Positions 60,331 through 64,000 of a stretch of DNA of 64,000 nt are shown piece after piece. The translations under genes and the position numbers were made by a program. Below the pieces are notes generated by a model. It was given only the letters and a program-made list of their open reading frames with translations, made no database searches and was not told the origin of the DNA. This DNA is from Methanolinea sp. (lineage in GTDB: Archaea; Halobacteriota; Methanomicrobia; Methanomicrobiales; Methanospirillaceae), in NCBI GenBank assembly GCA_018263335.1, contig JADFCY010000002.1, forward strand, positions 36,249 to 100,248, given 5' to 3'. The stretch's first letter is position 1, and every line of letters starts with the position of its first letter.

Positions 60331-61335
60331 ATGGGCGTAGCATTCCGAGATATCCTGACCGAGTTCAGGGATACCGTCGGGTGGGAGGCTCTTGCAGGAG
60401 TTGCCGCCGTAGACGCCCATAACGCCCTGTACCAGTTCCTGAGCATCATCAGGCAGCCCGACGGGACGCCCTTGATGGACCAGGAGGGGCGAACCACCTC
60501 TCATCTCTCGGGCATCCTCTTCCGGACCGCCAATTTCCTCGAGAAAGGCATCCGGCCTGTCTGGGTCTTTGATGGGACACCTCCTGACTTCAAACAGGAG
60601 ACGATCGAGGTCCGTCGCGCCATAAGGGACCGGGCTGGGGAGAGGTGGCAGGACGCACTGGAGAGAGGAGACATCGCGGAAGCCTACAAACAGGCACGTT
60701 CGTCATCAAGGATTGACGAGAACGTGATCGGGACCAGCCAGGAACTCCTCTCCCTCCTCGGGATCCCCTGCGTCCAGGCACCGAGCGAGGGCGAGGCGCA
60801 GGCAGCCCACATGGTTGAGAAGGGTGATGCAGGGTACGTGGTCTCCCAGGACTACGACACCCTCCTCTTCGGGGCACCGGTTCTTGTGAGGAACCTGGCG
60901 GTCAGCGGGAAACGGAAAGTGAGGGGGCGGACGATCTCCGTGTACCCCGAGAGGATCCTCTTGTCGGATGTGCTCAAAGGTCTCGCACTTACCCGCAGCG
61001 ATCTCGTCCGGGTTGCGCTCCTTGTCGGCACGGATTTCAATTCAGGGATCAAAGGTGTCGGTGCGAAGACCGCGCTCAGGATGGTTCAGAGAGGGGAGTT
61101 TGAGCAGACCATGAGAGAGCGACTCCCGGATACGGAGTGGGAGGCAATCATGGAGTTCTTCCTGGCTCCTCCTGCAACGGACAGCTACTCGCTCCATTGG
61201 AATGCCCCAGACAGGGAGGGGATCATTCGCATGCTCTGTGACAGGTTCGATTTCTCGCAGGAACGCATCCAGAAAGCCCTGGACAGCATGGGTGCAAAGG
61301 CGGGGCAAAAGACCCTCGATTCCTGGTTCTCCTGA
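60331..61335 (+). CDS. fen: flap endonuclease 1
   Basis: MGV, LYQFLSIIRQPDGTPL, APSEGEAQA, QDYD, PIP box QKTLDSWF. Confidence 0.97.
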   Translation: MGVAFRDILTEFRDTVGWEALAGVAAVDAHNALYQFLSIIRQPDGTPLMDQEGRTTSHLSGILFRTANFLEKGIRPVWVFDGTPPDFKQETIEVRRAIRDRAGERWQDALERGDIAEAYKQARSSSRIDENVIGTSQELLSLLGIPCVQAPSEGEAQAAHMVEKGDAGYVVSQDYDTLLFGAPVLVRNLAVSGKRKVRGRTISVYPERILLSDVLKGLALTRSDLVRVALLVGTDFNSGIKGVGAKTALRMVQRGEFEQTMRERLPDTEWEAIMEFFLAPPATDSYSLHWNAPDREGIIRMLCDRFDFSQERIQKALDSMGAKAGQKTLDSWFS

Positions 61336-61437
61336 AATTTTCCAAAAAAGTCATTTTCTCGTCCAGGGACCGTTGTTCACTGCACCAATGCCAGTGTTCA
61401 GGATTCCCTGCCACCAGTCATTTCGGGCCGACTCCCC

Positions 61438-62034
61438 TCATGGCATCTGCCTCCAGACATACATGAATCTCTGGGCAGCGGTGATGTGCCCCATCACCCC
61501 GAATACCAGGAGAAGCCAGCCCAGTATGGAGAGGCCGTAGAATGGGGACGGGAAGGCAAGGGTGAGGAGCCCTGCGCAGATGATGAGCACAAGCCGGTCT
61601 GCCCGTCCAAGCACGCCACCGTAATACCTTCCCACACCCACTGCCTGAGCCTGTGTTCCGAGGTAGGACGACATCAGCACTCCCGTGAGTGCCAGCACTC
61701 CCACGGGCCAGCTCGCAAAACCTCCGGCAAATATCCCGGTTATGATGAAGATATCTGCATACCTGTCAATTACGTGGTCGAGGAGATCCCCCTTGATGCT
61801 CTGGATGTTCTCGGAGCGGGCGAGGGCGCCATCGAGTCCATCAAGGAGGGCATTGAGTGCCACGAAGAGAGTCCCTGCGAGCACATTACCAAAAAAGAAG
61901 AAGACCCCCGCAACGGCGGCGGTACACAGGGCCCCCACAGAGAGATTGTTCGGCGAGAGGCCGATCTTTTTCGCAAGCGAGATGAATGGGGCCATGATCT
62001 CGTTCATGTGGGGGCGGAGGACCTCGAGCGTCAT
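61438..62034 (-). CDS. CDP-alcohol phosphatidyltransferase (archaetidylinositol phosphate synthase-like)
   Basis: SPN, DGLDGALAR..GDLLDHVIDRYAD. Confidence 0.92.
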   Translation of the reverse strand: MTLEVLRPHMNEIMAPFISLAKKIGLSPNNLSVGALCTAAVAGVFFFFGNVLAGTLFVALNALLDGLDGALARSENIQSIKGDLLDHVIDRYADIFIITGIFAGGFASWPVGVLALTGVLMSSYLGTQAQAVGVGRYYGGVLGRADRLVLIICAGLLTLAFPSPFYGLSILGWLLLVFGVMGHITAAQRFMYVWRQMP

Positions 62035-62543
62035 ACCTCCTCCCCAAGATACCCTGACCAGTCAATATTCCCAAACGAGGGCGGAATCTTCCCCATTGAG
62101 AACTCTTCTATCAACCTGGCACACTCCCCAAAGTCGCGCTCTGTCGTGTCGATCTCAAGCACCTGGTCACCCCGGAACTCCTCCAGGGTCTCTATGAGTG
62201 CAACATCGAGTGCCTCGGCTTCCACATTCTCACGCACTTTTGCGTCAGGATAGCCTCGTGCCCGGAGGCGCCCGGCCAGCACGTCGGGCCGGCACCTCAG
62301 CACGACGATGAGGTCGCAGGGGAGGAGGTGGGCAAGATGCCCCTCCACGAAACCTTCGACTCTTGGGAATTCCCTGGCCCAGGACTCCTCGTCGATTACA
62401 AGCGTGTCCCTTGCCTCGTCCCTCTCAATGATGTAGGGCGTGGTTGTAGTGGCAAGCGCAGTGACCGGATGGCCCAGTGCACGAAGCTCGTGTGCGACCG
62501 TCGTTTTCCCTGTTCCCGGGGTGCCGGTGATCCCGATCATCAT
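62031..62543 (-). CDS. adenylate kinase (AK6/Fap7 type)
   Basis: ITGTPGTGKTT, VEGH, RGY..KVRENVEAE. Confidence 0.9.
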   Translation of the reverse strand: MMIGITGTPGTGKTTVAHELRALGHPVTALATTTTPYIIERDEARDTLVIDEESWAREFPRVEGFVEGHLAHLLPCDLIVVLRCRPDVLAGRLRARGYPDAKVRENVEAEALDVALIETLEEFRGDQVLEIDTTERDFGECARLIEEFSMGKIPPSFGNIDWSGYLGEEV

Positions 62544-63619
62544 AAGGCGTTGATCACGTCCAGGAAGAGTGCATTCTCCCATTCTTCCCCAATACTCACC
62601 CTGATGTAGTGTGGTCCAAGGCCGGGGAAGCTCTCGCACGACCTGACCAGGACACCGTGCTCCAAGAGACGGTCGGCCATCTCCCTCCCCGTCAATGGGG
62701 AGACATCCACCATCACGAAATTCGCACCTGAGGGAAATACGGGGTACCGGCATTCCTCGATGACCTTTTTTCGAAGATCCCTTACACGCGCCACCGTCTC
62801 AGGGACGTGCTCCCGGTCACCAAGGGCGCCGATGGCGGCGGCTGCAGAGACGGAATTGAGAGCAAACGGCGTCGCGGCGCGCATGTAGCAGGAGACCAGC
62901 CATTCGGGCACGAACGCATATCCTATCCGAAGTCCCGCGAGCGAGAAGGCTTTCGAGAAGGTCCGCCCCAGGACAAGGTTTTCGTGCTTCTTCATCAGGG
63001 GGCGGTAATCCGTGTCACAGAACTCCACATACGCGTTGTCAAGGAAGAGCATGCCGGAGATCGAAGTGAGGATCTCCTCGACATCTTCGAGGCTGGTCAC
63101 GTTCCCCGTGGGGTTGTTCGGCGTGCAGAGAAAGGAGAGCTTCGCGTCCTTCGCCCCGCGGATAAATGAGGTGGTGTCCACTGAAAAGTCGGAATTCCTC
63201 GGGATATTCACCACTTCGGCACCCTGCGCGATCGCGGCAAGGCCATAGAAGGAGAACGTGGGCGTCGAGACCGCAACACGTTCTCCAGGGCACACCAGTG
63301 TGCGTATCACCGTCTCGATGACGCCGTCCATGCCAACCCCGGTCACGAAATGGTACGGGCCGTGGTATTCCCGCAGGGCTTCGACAAGATCGCCCGTCCT
63401 TTCATCCGGATACCGGTTTCCCTCCCGCAGCGCCCGGCAGCCCATCTCAACCGCACGGGGGGATGGCGGCCGGGGGTTTTCGTTGCTCGCGAGCCGGGCG
63501 ACCCTGCAGGTCTCTTTACCCTCTCCTGCACTCCCCGCACGCCTGGCAAATACGTAGCCACCGGAGCGGTAACAATCCCGCACGAGTGAGGTGTAGCCAA
63601 AACCACTCTCTTTTGCCAT
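62540..63619 (-). CDS. hisC: histidinol-phosphate aminotransferase
   Basis: LASNENP, NRYPD, PNNPTG, RTFSKAFSLAGLRIGY. Confidence 0.92.
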   Translation of the reverse strand: MAKESGFGYTSLVRDCYRSGGYVFARRAGSAGEGKETCRVARLASNENPRPPSPRAVEMGCRALREGNRYPDERTGDLVEALREYHGPYHFVTGVGMDGVIETVIRTLVCPGERVAVSTPTFSFYGLAAIAQGAEVVNIPRNSDFSVDTTSFIRGAKDAKLSFLCTPNNPTGNVTSLEDVEEILTSISGMLFLDNAYVEFCDTDYRPLMKKHENLVLGRTFSKAFSLAGLRIGYAFVPEWLVSCYMRAATPFALNSVSAAAAIGALGDREHVPETVARVRDLRKKVIEECRYPVFPSGANFVMVDVSPLTGREMADRLLEHGVLVRSCESFPGLGPHYIRVSIGEEWENALFLDVINAL

Positions 63620-63819
63620 TCTCCCCCTTCTGTAAGTGCTTCCAGTATAAGCTCTTCACTCTTAATAATGGCGTTGCAAAATGCGGGCGGAGCGGGATGA
63701 ATTGAAGGGAATAATCTGCCCCCGCGACCTGGCACTCGTACCCCTGATGGAATCCGGGGTGCAGGAACCGAACTCTTTTATAGGGCAATCAGATACATGT
63801 GGATCAGGGGTTGCGGAAC

Positions 63820-64000
63820 ATGGAACCAAAAAGGCTCTATACATTGCCGGCACTGCCCTACGACTACAAGGCACTCTCTCCCCATATCTCGGAGGAGCAG
63901 CTTCGCATCCATCATACCAAGCACCACCAGGGCTACGTGAACGGCGCAAACGCCATATACGAAAAACTCGACAAGGCGAGGAAGGAGGGGACCGACCTCG
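63820..64000 (+). CDS. sod: Fe/Mn superoxide dismutase, truncated by the window end (absent from the ORF track)
   Basis: [44 protein letters not shown]. Confidence 0.93.
   Translation, partial: MEPKRLYTLPALPYDYKALSPHISEEQLRIHHTKHHQGYVNGANAIYEKLDKARKEGTDL

Overview
Chromosomal segment of a GC-rich methanogenic archaeon, most likely Methanomicrobiales (Methanolinea/Methanoregula-like; inferred from gene content such as DUF2121 connectase, DUF1890/DUF1894, RadA, Fen1, PSH and DapL). Contents in order: a connectase homologue; a split Liv-type ABC transporter with two binding proteins; an orphan CHASE4 kinase; two lipoproteins; tRNA-Gly(GCC); a tetrapyrrole block (sirC-hemA-hemB-hemL-hemC-cobA) separated from cbiT-L-F-G-H-C-D-E by an AT-richer islet (PepSY-like pseudogene plus vapBC); a DNA-repair block (mutS, mutL, class II photolyase, Fe-S-less MutY-like, with SRAP nearby); redox and metabolic genes; and housekeeping genes (dapL-lysA-rpa-radA, nog1, psh, fen1, pgsA, adk, hisC, partial sod). 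No CRISPR array, rRNA, integrase or transposase was seen. The most interesting unannotated signals are: (1) a KamA-family radical SAM/PLP enzyme whose lysine-binding aspartates appear replaced by Arg/Ser, behind a nested three-stem 5' leader; (2) a palindromic motif CATGCTA-N5-TAGCATG shared by both promoters of the split ABC system; (3) a DUF1890 gene with no canonical in-frame start codon. All calls are by-eye recognition; no database searches or folding programs were run.
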